NCBI RefSeq assembly: GCF_902459465.1
Contig: NC_047070.1
Coordinates: 19,282,001-19,346,000 of the forward strand
Reading direction: 5' to 3'
Source of the DNA: Asterias rubens
Lineage: Eukaryota
DNA: 64,000 nucleotides
A model generated the notes under the pieces. That model was not told the DNA's origin and made no database searches. It was given only the letters and a program-made list of their open reading frames with translations. Made by a program: the position numbers and the translations under genes. This document shows, one piece after another, positions 36,601 to 50,700 of this stretch (positions are counted from its first letter, which is position 1; the number at the start of each line of letters is the position of its first letter).

Positions 36601-38228
36601 AATAGTACACACAGACCATAAAGGCCATAAGCCTTTTTGAGATATGGTGGACAGAATGCTACAACACTATAAGGTTTGGGTAAATTTGTGCGAATTGACC
36701 ATAAAAATAGAACATGTGTTATTCAGTGAAGTGTGCTTTTTTCCAATATTATCTCGCAACTTTGACGATCGATTGAGCTCAAATTTTCACAGGTTTGTTA
36801 TTTTATGCTTATGTTGAGATACACCAAGTGAGAAGACTGGTATTTGACAATTACCAATAGTGTTCAGTGTCTTTAAGTCAGTCTATTTGATAGAAAAAAA
36901 CGCCACTCCAGATTGAAATAAAGATTAAATGTGTATCATACATGTGTCTTCTTCAATTTGTCTCTTGACAGAATTCTGACCAAGTGCATCTGACTCACCA
37001 TGTACAACAGGAGCTACACCAGATGAAGAAACAGCAGAACTTTCTCTTGCATAATATGCAGCACATGGAGGTGCAGCTGAAGCATCATGCTGCCAACCAA
37101 TCACAACAGGTTAGTTTAGAATAATAATGAACACTTGTAATGCGCACTTATATCCACCCTGCTGGGTGTTCAAGGCGCAGTAAAACCAAAACCTGCTGGG
37201 TGTCCAAGGCGCAGTTAGACCAAAACCAAATGGTAATGGTGAAAGACTTCTCTTGAAATATTATTCCATGTAATGCTTTATTTTATGAGAAAACATTAAA
37301 ACAATATCAATTCTCGACATCGAGAATTACAGATTTATTTTAAACACATGTCATGACACGGCGAAACGTGCAGAAACTAGGGTGGGTTTTCCCATTATTT
37401 TCTCCCGACTCCAATGACCGATTGAGCCTAAATTTTCACAGGTTTGTTATTTTATATAGAAGTTGTGATACACGAAGTGTGGGCCTTGGACAATACTGTT
37501 TACCAAAAGTGTCCAATGGCTTTAAAAGTGATCTGTCTGTTATTTGAAACCAAACACAGGTGTACAAAGAGCTGCAAAATCTTTACCAGAACCTACAGAA
37601 AGAGTATGAAGACAAACTGGCCTACACCCGGGATGTGTTTACTACCAAGCTGTACTCCATGAATAATGACAACTGTAAGAATCTCCAAGAGATGGAGAAA
37701 CGCCTTAAGGAGGTGGAGTCGGCACTGAAGACCAAAGATGAACTGTTATCTCACTATAGGTATATCACCAGTATTCAAGAGAAACAGATGGATTATATTA
37801 TATCAGGTTATATCAGTAATGACCCTTCAAAAGGGTCACTTGGGCGAAAGCTTGCATCTTGGCAATCTATGAAGGAGCACTACCTTTCCATTCTGGAGAG
37901 GTCTAAGAATAGCCCTCCCGGATCTCAATCAACAAAATTAGAAGGCAAGCAGGATTCAGCACAGGGTGATTGGCATAAGATTTGTGTTGCGCAATCCCCA
38001 AGGCCAAGATCAGACGATAATCATCCTTGGACTCGTATCTCCCCTCAAAATGGCCGCCTTTCTGATTTTGAGAGGAATCATCCACAAAGATTGTACCTTA
38101 GGCAACCATTGATTCCAGCTAACACACGAGGTCTGATTGAACGACCTGTTTATAACGTACCATTCATTCCACTGAGACATGTCGATGACTCAGTGCATGA
38201 TTACCAGCATGCTTCAAGAGTTCCTTAA
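33684..38228 (+). CDS. Uncharacterised protein, ~560 aa: acidic N-terminus, one CCCH zinc finger, coiled coil
   Basis: Exons 33684-34128, 34584-34701, 35161-35283, 35758-35815, 36421-36552, 36972-37109, 37560-38228 join in frame (1683 nt) with GT-AG sites. CYRFLKTGSCHRPSCHFLH is C-x8-C-x4-C-x3-H. Heptad-rich LQNLYQNLQKEYEDKL...LQEMEKRLKEVESAL. No orthologue recognised. Confidence 0.75.
36041..36084 (+). ncRNA. Putative minimal type I hammerhead ribozyme (Penelope-like element type)
   Basis: GTCTC-CTGACGA-T-GAATAG(AGCAAG)CTAGTC-GAAA-C-GTT-GAGAC: stem I GTCTC/GAGAC, core CUGANGA...GAAA, stem II with one mismatch, and palindromic ACGT in place of stem III. Confidence 0.6.
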
Positions 38229-38594
38229 ACCTCAGGATAATCTACAATAGAGCAGACATTATAACTATTAAAAACTCCATTCTTGAAGGGTCAAAAAGTA
38301 GTAAATGCCTCGATTGTGTTCGAAGTAGGAACTGACAATTTTGAAAAGAAATTCCCTAGTGGTGTACTCTGACTTTCCCAGGTCAGTTGCTCTTTGTATT
38401 CAGAAACTACAGAAACCATTGATATTAACATTTAGGCAGCAAAGGAGGTTGCCTCCATGCCCCCTGGTCATTGCCTTGGTGCCCTTGAAATGCTCCAGTA
38501 GAAATTTACAATGTCCTCATAGGGTGCCCTTCACCAAGGAGAAAATGCCTTGGTGCCCTTGCTCTTTCAAAAACGAAGCAAGGGCACCTCGTCT

Positions 38595-38730
38595 ACTAAT
38601 TTGTTTTGTCGAAATATAAAAAAGTTAAATAAACCTCGACCCCTAATTTGTTTTTGCCGAAATTTGAAAAAGTAAATTAAACCTCAACCACTAATTTGTT
38701 TTTGCCGAAATATGAAAAAGTAAACAAATG
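38595..38730. repeat. ~50-bp tandem repeat, 3 copies
   Basis: CTAATTTGTTTT(T)G(C/T)CGAAAT.TGAAAAAGTAAA repeated three times. Confidence 0.75.
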
Positions 38731-41700
38731 TTGATAAAGTTATGCCTTTATTTACTCCACTCTGTTTGTCCAGGAAAATGGATAATGTATGTTTACATTC
38801 AAAGCATCAAAGCAACCAAAAGGTTTTAATTTTGATTTAAAACCTTTAAATTTAAGGTTACGCATTTCAGCATTTGTTTTCGTGTTTTACAAAAAAAAAT
38901 CCAGCTTTTAATAGAGCCATTTATTAAGTTTATTGTAAAAGAAAGAAATTAGAAGATATTTTTGAAGCGAGACATTTATGAAATCAGGAGAATTCAATCT
39001 GAAATGTGTTGAAAACGGGTGTCAATAACAATGAGTTGAAGTTTCTTTCAGATTGAAAGTGCTTAAAGCAAAGTGATACGGGAAGAGAATCAAATTAAGA
39101 ATCATTGTTTCTTGTTATTACTTTCACAGATTCTAAGTTTTTGTAAGATGGACGGAAATTAGTTCTGAGAGCAATAATCATCTTTTTTGTGCATTATGCA
39201 TTTTTGTAGTATATTTTTCAAAAGAGTTGTATTTTACATGCACAGTATTTTAAGATTTCTATTACACAAAACCTTCCATACTTTTTTACTTAAAGAGTTT
39301 AAACTATACCAGCAAGTTTGTTTTATGAGAAAAGTTACACATAGTTACTGTCAGTTGTAGAGTGTATATTTTTTTTAAATACTTTTTATTTAATCTTTAT
39401 TTTTTACTTGTTTTGTTCAAAGCCAAAGATAATGCTAATGGGCATGTTTTATATATTTTTAAGAAAATATTTATTTGTTGTTTCACAAGGAATAGTAAAA
39501 TAAACAGAGTAATTAAGAAATCTGTTCCTCTTTTTGTTTGCCTTTAAGATAAGGACAACAAAGATTTGCCCTTGATCTTTACGAAGTGCAATGAGAAAAA
39601 GTGTATTGATTGCGTTTATTTTAGATTGCAAAAGAATTGCTCTGAGAAAAAGACAATTTTATGTTTGATTTATTATTTGTAGTTGTTCGTCTAAATATAT
39701 ATAGTTTGATATGATTTTGGGATAGTTTTATATTATATAAAAGCTATTTTTAAAGAAGCATTATAACTTTTTTGTTAAAAGTACAAAGAGTCTTTCTTTA
39801 AAGACATCTTCTCATTTTTGCATGAGAATCTTTATACTTTTAAAGTTTATTTGGTAAACTACTTATTTACCTGGTATTACTTTCCTTAATTTGGAAAACA
39901 GTTTTTCATTTGCTTAAAGTATATATACACAATACTTGGATTTGTCATTATTTGTTCTTGGGAACGATATTGCTTTGTTTTATTTTGTATGGTTCAGGAT
40001 ACCCCCCCCCCCCCCCCAAAAAAAAGGGGGGGGCGATTGTACCATTAATGTTTTCAAGTTTCAAAGAAATCATTATGTGTAATTTAATTTATGGTTTGAA
40101 GTGTTTTACATGTTTCTTTTTTACAAAATAAAGACAAATTTTCTTGAGAGAATATTAATATGAAGTCGATATTTTGTTTATTTTGTGTGTTCATATTAGA
40201 GAATGGACAACATATTGAACCAGTGTTTTCATTGGAAAGGGACAGTTGACTGTCATGCAACAACGTACATAGGAAGCCATGAAAGTACGAATTATATCCT
40301 CCTCTTACCAGTTTTCACGCTATTATGCCTTTTTCTTCTTTTTTCTAATTATCTTTATTTGCTAATATGAAGTATGCAAACATTATATTAAAACTTGATG
40401 GACATTGAAATGTTCACACTACACACCGATCTTCGATGACTTCAACTGGCCCCATTTGTTTTGAGTTTTTCCTGTTTTCACGGCAAACAAGAAAGTATGG
40501 TTTCCCGGTGAAGCCATACATGGAAGACTACAAGTGTTCTTTGAGACTCTGTGTATGACTCTATAGCCAGCAGTTGTCTTCGTTTTATTCAAAATATTTT
40601 TAATGAAACTTTAAAAATTACCATGGTAATTTGCAAAAAATAACAAAAATAAATAATTTAATAAAAAGTGTGAATAATTATTAGCTTTCAAATCTGATTT
40701 TTATTAATTTTTTCCCCATTTTTTTCTTAAAATGTATAATAAAGCGTATAAATAAACAGTGATAATTGAATCAACAAGCTGATGTTTAAATTTTAATATT
40801 TATTATAATATTGATATGAGGGTTAAAAAATTAAAATCTCCCAAAACATTAGAAAATTATATAAGGCACATGGCTTCTTTTTTTTCCAGAATGCTCAGCA
40901 AAATATTCAGTCACATGATTTGATCATTATGAATTGTGAATTTAAATAGTGTTTTATGAAACTTTTTCGGTGGGCAAATATTTTTAAATGGCCTCAACAC
41001 TATGACATATTTTTGTACCTTGTAGAAATGCCTTAAATACCAAACTTTTTGCATTTACAAGTGCAAATATCCAGTGGAGCCTTACGTGTTTCTAAGTTTT
41101 GGTCAAGGGAGAGGAGACTCTTTGCTTGGCAAATAAAACCGCACAATTTTTATCTAGGGAATGTTTACATCGCGCACAGAGAGGTAAAAGGTTTGCCACG
41201 ATTTTAGGGACACCTCGAAAACAGGACCTCCTACGATACATGTTCAATCTCATATATCATTATAACTCGTGAACTCAAGAAATGTTTTTATGTATAAAAG
41301 AACAGAATTGCAAACTTCTTACTAAACCAAAAAGTGACAGATTTACTAATGAATGCACAGTGTTTACACTTGGCTAAAAATAGACAGACGCTTGTTGTTT
41401 AGAGAGACGTTTTTCATATTTTTACGCGTACTTCGTGTTAATGATAATTCTCCGACTTGAATGCAACACCAACTACTCGTTTTGAGTATTCATAAAGGGG
41501 AATGCCCAATTCTAAGGGGGGTGCAATCTTGCGTTACTGCGTCTTTGCTCATCGTTGGACTGTTTCATCCGGAGTTTGAAGGATTTAAGGTTTGTGATTT
41601 GGCTTTTTGAAAAAGATGGAAACGGTGAAGATGCTGGTATTATTGCAATCATTCATTTGTGGCAAATTACATTGCAAATAACGTGAACATACAATGATTT

Positions 41701-41877
41701 TGCTGTACTAAAAATGCTATGTTTACTTATATAATATAAGATAGCTCCATGGTTATACATTTATGTTGGTCCGGATGATGAGTGCTGTCCAATTTTCGGA
41801 CATAAATTATTATTTGGTTTCCTTGCATTTATACCTCCCTGCTTTGTTAACTTACTTTTACTTTATATAATGGTTAA

Positions 41878-42246
41878 AGGAACACGTTGCCTTGGATCGG
41901 ACGAGTTGGTCTATGAAAAACATTTGTAACCGTTTGTTATGAAATGCATATGGTTAGAAAGATGTTTTAAAAGTAGAATATAATGATCCACACAAGTATC
42001 ACTCAAAATTGCACGGTTTTCATTTTACATCGCGAACTAACACGGTCGGCCATTTATGGACTCCCATAAATGGCCGACCGTGTTTGTCGATGAGGTAAAA
42101 CGAAAACCACGCAATTTCGAGGCATATTTGTGTAGATCCTTGTATTCTACTTTTACAACATCTTTCTAACCATATCGATTTTATAACAAACGGTTACAGG
42201 ACGCTTTTCAAAGACCAACTCGACCGATCCAAGGCAACGTGTTCCT
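41878..42246. mobile_element. TTAA-flanked palindromic (foldback) MITE family C
   Basis: AGGAACACGTTGCCTTGGATCGG...CCGATCCAAGGCAACGTGTTCCT; the two halves are inverted copies up to the centre CCATTTATGG-actc-CCATAAATGG; TTAA flanks. Confidence 0.85.
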
Positions 42247-44163
42247 TTAAATGAACCAGTCATAAATATATAAGACATTGTTTTTATTTTGCAGGTTTAA
42301 AAATAATATATTGATTAACTAGAGCTCTAGTGAGATGTGTGAACAAAATAAAAGATATTTTGCTATTTAATCATGAAGATGAATATGAAATAACCAAAAC
42401 TCAGGTCTGACCCATGACGCCTGAGGTCATTTGTGCAAAATTATGTTTATTTCATTAGCTACATTATACAAATGTAACATAGTGTAGACGGTGAATGATT
42501 ACTGAAATCAAAAGATTACATGGACCATAGTTTGCTAAAATTAAAAAATAGGAGGAAGGCAAGGGACTCTGGACAATTTCAGACACATACGCAGCATTGT
42601 TGATAACAATGTTCAATCCTTAAAAAGTTTTACAGCAAAAGTCAGAGCACACTCAGTCTCTAGAACTATCAGGTTTGTTCCGCTATTGTCTTCACTAGTA
42701 CTTTGAGTTTTAGGAGTACATGTACGTAGAAAATGGACAACGTTGGAGAACTGGGTTCAACAAAAACTCAATTTGTCTATCGTGGCTGTGATTGTAAAAG
42801 TTAGCAATTGAATGGCAAAGCAAAACTCATTGAGAATGAAAGCTTTGATCTTGTCATTGTTGGAATCACAAGATCCATAAAATGCTTTGTACAGTTAGTT
42901 TGCATTGCTGCCATTTCATGGTACTTATTGAAACTTTTATATTATTTAACCCTTCCCGTCACGCAATACTAAATCACTATAGCAACAGCCACATCAAATC
43001 TCATTGCATGTTGTGTTAGTCAATATTTGACTTTGCCTTTTTTTTTTCAAACAAAACACTTCACCCCTCAAACCTATCTTCCATTTATATTGGGTCATAT
43101 TGCTATTGTTAACAACCAGCCGTCTAAACATTGTTTACGCTCCTGCGAGCCTGGACAACCTTTCACCTTATTGATTCGAGCTGAGTTTGAATTGTCGCTA
43201 GACCAAAGGTCTCTTAAATTTAGTTTTCTGGTGGTTGTAAAGGGTATTGCATTGGTGGAATGATTTTTATGTTCAACTCAGGGCAGTGTTAGAGAATACA
43301 CCTGCGTTTTAAAAAGTGTTTTTATGTTTCATGGAAGGTTGTTGACGAAGTCATAATGTGTAAATATTCTTGTTTCAGAATCTGGCATTTTAACATGAAT
43401 CTTATGCTGACTGTGATGGCTTTTACCTAGCCGCTGATCTTCAATTTGACTCAGACTCATTATATGGAAACTACATGTAAGTTATTATTGAATGATGGGT
43501 TTTGTTTTAATATTGATTGATCAGAATTATATTTCAAGATCTAATTTATATTTGCTGTCGTTTGTTGTTTTTGTTTTTGTTTGTTAATATTTGTTCGCTG
43601 GGATGTATGTTGGATATTGAATAAATAAAATTAAATAAATTTCATAGTAATGTTATTCTTACACACGTTAGCACATTAAATCGTCTAAAAACATCTACAG
43701 GCTTTGATATAATTAATCCGTGGGTTGAACAAAGAACAATAGACCGATCCATTAAGCTCCGCCCCATTGCGTATTGGCCAATCACAACGCAACAAAGGTC
43801 AAACAAATAAGGTCCGACATGGGTGTGTTGGCGCGCGCGGTAGAAATGTGCTGAAAGGCATTGGAGAGGCGCACAGTTCTTGCTCACACGTGTGTCGTTG
43901 GCGGAGCTTAATGGATTGGTCTATTGACTAGAGCCGAACTCCTGGTTAATTGTTTGATGATAGAAATAATTAATAAATGTCATTAGAATACACTATGAAA
44001 GGACATTAAGCAAGTTCATTGGATAGTTAGTTACAAAAATAAAACTCATATAATCTTTTTTTTATGTTACACTTATTACCTGTTCATGGTTGTGGTGTTG
44101 TCATTTAGCCATCTAGAAAGACACTACTAAAGTCGAAATGTCATAACTATTATTTACCTTTAA

Positions 44164-44541
44164 AGGCAGTGGACACTATTGGTAATTACTTAAAATAATT
44201 ATGAGCATAAAACCTTTCTTGGTGACGAGTAATGGGGAGAGGTTGCTGGTATAAAACATTGTGAGAAACGGCTCCCTCTGAAGAGCCTTAGTTTTTGAGA
44301 AAGAAGTAATTTTCCACGAATTTGATTTCGAGACCTCAGATTTAGAACTTGAGGTCTCAAAATCAACCATCTGAACGCACACAACTTCGTGTGACAAGGG
44401 TGCTTTTTCTTCCATTATTATCTCGCAACTTCGATGACCAATTGAGCTCAATTTTTCACAGGTTTGTTATTTTATGCTTATGTTGAGATACACCAACTGT
44501 GAAGGCTAGTCTTTGACAATTACCAATAGTGTCCACTGCCT
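44164..44541. mobile_element. TTAA-flanked MITE family A, full copy
   Basis: Same TIRs and body; TTAA at 44160-44163 and 44542-44545. Confidence 0.85.
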
Positions 44542-44764
44542 TTAATCACAAATGTGCACTTGAACTTTGTTCACATGTTTCAAACACAATTCAGTCATGA
44601 CAAAGATGTGTTGAACATGTTAGAACATGTTTGTTGTTGCCACTGCTGGAATTAATTATTAATTATTACTCAACAAGTTTCATTTTTATCTCAATAGATT
44701 GAACTGAATCAAGGGTGCCTACTGATAGTGATAGGGTACAAGCTGAAGTATTCTTTCATTCATT

Positions 44765-47700
44765 ATGGCTGATGTTACTAAGCGGCGATGTATCTTTATC
44801 TCAAATTTACCTCCGTCTATTTCATCATCAGCCTTAGAATCCTTTCTTCTACAAGGTATGTTAGTATCACATTCTGGTATGCTTAGTATTTTGAAAGGGC
44901 AAGGGCACCAAGGCGTCTTCTCCTCGGTAAAGGGCACCCATAAGGAAGTTGTGAACTTCTATCGGAGCATTTCATGGGCAACAAGGCAATGACCAGGGGG
45001 CACGGAAGCAATCGCCTTCATTGCCTCCTTGCAGTATCAGGTCTGGTATATCATAGCGCATCTGATAGGGCCTTGTCACTAGTATTAGTAATCTTGACAA
45101 ACAATTTATAGGGGCAACTTTTATGTTATATGAGCACCGTGGTCGCACAATAGAAATGTTTTGTTTCATGTCTTACTACAGTGAAGGACATTATGTGAAC
45201 ATTGAAATGTGAATGTGTTTTCTAATATTGGAAATTACTTGGCACTGGTTGCCTCATGAAACATAGTGTCGTTTGTTTTTAATGTTATTCTTATATATTT
45301 TTTTCTTGAAGAGCTGGAATCATGTTATCATGGTGGCAGCCATCTTATTAAGGTGATGTTTCCGGTCAATCCTGCTACACCTGGTTTAGCATTGGTGACA
45401 TTTCAAGATGAACAAGGTATGTGAAAGTCAGTCATTATGAAAAGTTTATCAGGAGAGTTCTTAACTCTGAATGTCTGAATGTTTTGCTCTAACTATCCAT
45501 GAAGTTGAAAAGGAAATAAACTCATACGTTGTATGATTTAGAAAATCAAGGACCTGTGGCGACTCGATTGAAATAGTTTAACACTTTTTTTTACAGTGTG
45601 TAGCTCTCATTATTATTTGAAATTTATCAGACCTGGAATTTCACGGAGGTCATATGCCTCCGTTGCATTGGCCTTGGTGCCCCTTCAAAAAATTCCCCAC
45701 AGACTTTAAGATTTTATAATGGAAGTACCTAGCAAGTGCCCATTTCAAAATGACAATGGCCTTTTTTATAGTTTAATGATGTGAAGTTTGGTTACTTCAT
45801 GAATGTCATAAGAAGTATAAATCTGTGTGTAGTAAATAATAATAATAATAATAATAAATAATAATAAACAAGACCTATAAAGCGCATTTGCATTTTAAAG
45901 CACCTGTCATGATTAGTGATTGGAGATTTATTATTTGTTTTTTTGCTAGCGATGGTTCGTATTCTGAGGAAGAGGTTGATGTATGAAGGAGTACTCTTAT
46001 CCACACAGCCATTCCTCTCTTATGTGAGTCAGTCTTCATTGTGCAGAAAACTAACAACCATCGCTTAGGGAGCTTGTGTGAAACGGGCTTGTAGAATGAG
46101 TCTTAAACAAATTCTCATAGATGCCACTGTATAGCATGTGGATATTACCAACAAATGGACCAATTGTGATTTAAAAACTTGTTTGAAAAGTTAACATCTT
46201 TGCAAGAAATGCTCAGTTTAAGATTATGGAAGTTGTGTACATGTTTGGTCAATTTAAAAAGAGAGTGTATACACAATATTTCTTTAGTGAAATGGGTTGA
46301 TGATTTTCAAAAAGTATTCTGTTTTAAATGGTTAAAGAATGGCGTTGACATTTAAAATGTTTTCTATAAATCAAATGACAAATTGGTTTTAAGTGACCTC
46401 AATGTTTGATAAAGAAGACTTCATTTAATGAAAGAAAACAAACTATATCGGAACTAAGCTTTTAATACAGCAGTAATGAAATATCTGTTTTTTTATTTCG
46501 CTCACTTCCATTCCTACTTTCCATTTGTACAGGTTTTTACCTCCATGAGTGCAGTGGTCAACCCAGATGTCTCACATCTCTTTCCCTTCACGTCCCGTGA
46601 CTTCAACTGTCATATGGAAAAAAGCTGTGGTGTTGAGTGTCATAAATTAGACGAGAAGGAACGAGACAGGTGGATGCATCATTCTCAGACTAGTCAGAGT
46701 GAGCTTTTCATGCTGACAGGTAACTGGTTTCAGATGCAGAATGCCAGGAAGTTCATGCAGGAATGGGTAGTAGATGAAAAGAAGAGGTCAGAATTCATGG
46801 ACCAAAGCCACCTTATTAAAGATGAAAGTAATCAAAAAGGAGCTTCCTCTCGCAAACATTCAAAGAGGAGGGAGAAAGAACTGGCAACTGGTTTGGGTAA
46901 TTCTGTGGAAGAAAAGGGAGTTCACAGAAATGGTGCTCAAACGGAAGTAAAAAGACACACTGAGGTCACTGATTCTGCTGGCCTCTTAGAGAGAAAAAGC
47001 CCAACTGGTAATACTGATTTCAGAAGTGGCAAGAAGGATAGAAGCAAAGCTAAAAAAGAAGGGTTGGCTAAAGTTGCTTGTAGATTTGATGGTGAGCCTG
47101 TGCAGCCAAGCACCGGGAATCATTTTGAGCAGGATGATCTTAACCTTGATGCTGCACCTCATCTCACAAGTAATTTTGCCCAAGATGGAGTACGTCAAAC
47201 TTCATCTGAAGACATCACAAGTCATGGAGATCCTTTGCAGAGCTCTTCATCTCAAAATTCGGAACATATCAGGAATCAACTGGCAGAGCTTTCATCTACT
47301 TTATCAAGCAGAGCAGTCATCCCTAGAGTTAGAAAACCTACTCGCCCTCCTAGGTCTGTGGATACAAGAAAAAGTGATTTGGGAAGTGTCCCTAATGTTG
47401 ATTATATGCAGTATGTCAAGATTCCTCAAACGTCAGGAAGCAGTAGCTCCCAAGAGCTTAACAAATCCAATGAAATGAGAGGCAACTCAAAGAGAAGTGA
47501 AGATGTATCTATGACGAAGCATCAAGAAGATGAAACACTTCTTACACGGAGAGAAGAGCCTGATGTGTATGAAGGTCTGATGACACAAAGTCGAAATGAA
47601 GGTTTGATGTCACAAAGGCGAGATGAAGGGATGCCGTCACAAAGACGAGATGAAGGGATGCCATCACAAAGACGAGATGAAGGGATGCCGTCACAAAGAC

Positions 47701-50700
47701 GAGATGAAGGGATGCCGTCACAAAGACGAGATGAAGGGATGCCGTCACAAAGACGAGATGAAGGGATGCTGTCACAAAGACAAGATGAAGGGATGCGGTC
47801 ACAAAGACGAGATGAAGGGATGCTGTCACAAAGACGAGATGAAGGGATGTCGTCACAAAGACGGGATGAAGGGGTGCCATCACAAAGACGAGATGAAGGG
47901 ATGCCGTCACAAAGACGAGATGAAGGGATGCGGTCACAAAGACGAGATGAAGGGATGCGGTCACAAAGACGAGATGAAGGGATGTCGTCACAAAGACGGG
48001 ATGAAGGGGTGCCGTCACAAAGACGAGATGAAGGGATGCCGTCACAAAGACGAGATGAAGGGATGCCGTCACAAAGAGGAGATGAAGGGATGCTGTCACA
48101 AAGACGAGATGATGGGATGCCGTCACAAAGACGAGATGAAGGGATGCCGTCACAAAGACGAGATGAAGTGATACCGTCACAAAGACGAGATGAAGGGATG
48201 CCGTCACAAAGAGAAGAACTTGAAATAGATTGCCCTGAACCTCTCCCATCATCGCCATTAGTCAGTGAGAGGCATAATGTTGATGAAGAGAGTAAAGAAC
48301 AAAAAGAAAGCCTCAGCTCCATTCCTGTCGATCCCGGTGTCTTTAGTTACATCTTACTAAAACAGAGTGACTCCATTCAAGAAATTGAAGAGACATACAG
48401 TGTCAAGTTTTCAATTCAGACAACAAGAGATGGTGAGGATGGCGATGTTGAAAGTGCCATGCTTATGGTTAGATCCCTGGGTGAAAACTCTGACATCGGT
48501 ACAGCACATGATAAGTTTGTGGATCTGTACACAGCTGTTTTCTCCGACTTAAAACACAGAGTTGTCACTTTTGAAGACAGAACCATTGATCCAGAATCAC
48601 TTGATCAAACTATAGAGTTGGTCCATGTTGCTTACTCTTCTGTTTTAATACTGCCTGATGTGTCAAACAAAAAGGTTCTTATTTATGGACCATCTGAAAT
48701 TGATGTTCGTTTTGCAAAATGCTGGATACAGGATGCAATAAAGAAGCAGAAAATAAACATCCAAGGAGAGGTCTCTGGGGACGCCAGTGAAACTAATGCA
48801 GAAGATTTTGTTTCAAGAAGGGTGGACTATGGCCAATCAGTACTTCAGGAACGAGCAACCCGGCCACATCACAAGACTGGTGTAGACAGAAGGGTGGAGT
48901 ACGACCAATCAGTACTTCAGGAACGAGCAACCCGGCCACATCACAAGACTGGTGCAGACAGAAGGGTGGAGTACGACCAATCAGTACTTCAGGAACGAGC
49001 AACCCGGCCACATCACAAGACTGGTGTAGACAGAAGGGTGGAGTATGACCAATCATTACTTCAGGATCCAACACACGGGCCAAATCACGAGACTGGGGTA
49101 AACAGAAGGGGGGAATATGGCCAATCAGTACTTCAGGAACGATCCCAGCCACAACACCAGACTGAGGTAAACAGAAGGTTGGAGTATGAGCAACAGGAAC
49201 GAGCATCCAGGCCACATTCCCAGACTGACATAGACGGACATGATAATCGTCATTCTGTTATCAGAGGAAGTAATAATTTGTCAACAATAGACACAGAATC
49301 AATGATGAGGCCACTGGGTTTAGAGGATAGTAATGGACCAGTAGAGCATCGCTTTACAGAAAGAAGGGCTGACATTGAATCTGTTGATCAGGCTGCGATG
49401 AACATTTCTCCACGCCAGGTAGGCACACATCACCAAGTGCCTGAATTTAGTGCCCAGACATTACCTCTTAATGGCTCTGACTTGCAACATTCTGATTGGT
49501 TAGGATCAGGCAGATATAGTGGTCCACCTGAAGAGACAAGTGTGAGGAATAAGACGCCAATTGTTCCATGGACAAAAACCCCTGCCTTAGTTGTTGCTCT
49601 TCCATCATCTGAAGCTGTCAGGTCAAAGGTTAACAAACCTGCTGAAATGGTCTCTGAGCCAGAAGTATTACCAACGACGGTAGAAGCAGTCAGTATGACG
49701 GACACAATTCCCGTTGACCCTGGTGTCTATGGCTATATCCAATTGAAGAAACCAAACATTCTTTGTGATATTGAACAAAACTACAACATAAAGTTCTCTG
49801 TTGAGGGAGATCGAGACAGCGATATTTACTTCATTCGAGTGGAGGCAAATGGAGCTGTCTCTGAGCAAAGCATTCAAAAAGGCAAAGAGACTTTCTTGAA
49901 CTTTTACTCTGAGATTTTCTCAGGGCTCGTTCATCGTGCCATAAACCTGGCAGATTTTGAGGGTTTGTCTGAAAAGGTTTTGGAAGAGACTATCCAAGAG
50001 GCTGAGCACTCGTTCAGTGATGTTTATTTTGCAGTTGTGCAGTCTAAAGTTCTTATCTTCGGTCAGGGGTTGCATAATGTAGAAACTGCAAGAGATTTTG
50101 TCTTGAGTCGATTACGCCAAAGTGACAAATCTCTGGTAGAGGTAAGACCACACACGGATCTTGAGGTCTCAATGGAGAGTCTCAGTAATGATGAAATGGT
50201 GAGTCGTCTTAATCATCTAAGATGTGGATCTATGACACCTGATAGACAGACAGATATACATGTAGCGAGTCAAAGACAAACTGTTGCTGAGGAGGTAAAT
50301 GGAAGGACTAGAGTTGACATGATTGATCAAACTTCAATCAATGATGAGGCCACAGAATCAATGATGAGGCCACTGGGTTTAGAGGATAGTAGTGGACCAG
50401 TAGAGCATCGCTTTACAGAAAGAAGGGCTGACATTGAATCTGTTGATCAGGCTGCGATGAACATTTCTCCACGCCAGGTAGGCACACATCACCAAGTGCC
50501 TGAATTTAGTGCCCAGACATTACCTCTTAATGGCTCTGACTTGCAACATTCTGATTGGTTAGGATCAGGCAGATATAGTGGTCCACCTGAAGAGACAAGT
50601 ATGAGGAATAAGACGCCAATTGTTCCATGGACAAAAACCCCTGCCTTAGTTGTTGCTCTTCCATCATCTGAAGCTGTCAGGTCAAAGGTTAACAAACCTG

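Noticed and set aside
41495-41510. NF-kB-like GGGGAATGCCC, and ISRE-like AGTTTCATTTTT at 44676, upstream of the macro-DTX gene
   Set aside because: Each has a mismatch to consensus, the TSS is unknown, and the second lies in a polypyrimidine tract.
40200-43480. Hidden coding gene in the AT-rich gap (exon-like pieces near 40500, 42710 and 43380)
   Set aside because: No consistent frame or recognisable motif; the pieces may be UTR exons of the downstream gene.
44176-44451. Recurrent similar short ORFs (also 8339, 12971 and 25535)
   Set aside because: Translations of MITE family A copies, not genes.
47522-48322. Three long alternative-frame and antisense ORFs (266, 238 and 182 aa)
   Set aside because: By-products of the stop-free 27-bp repeat inside the main exon; no independent splice or start context.
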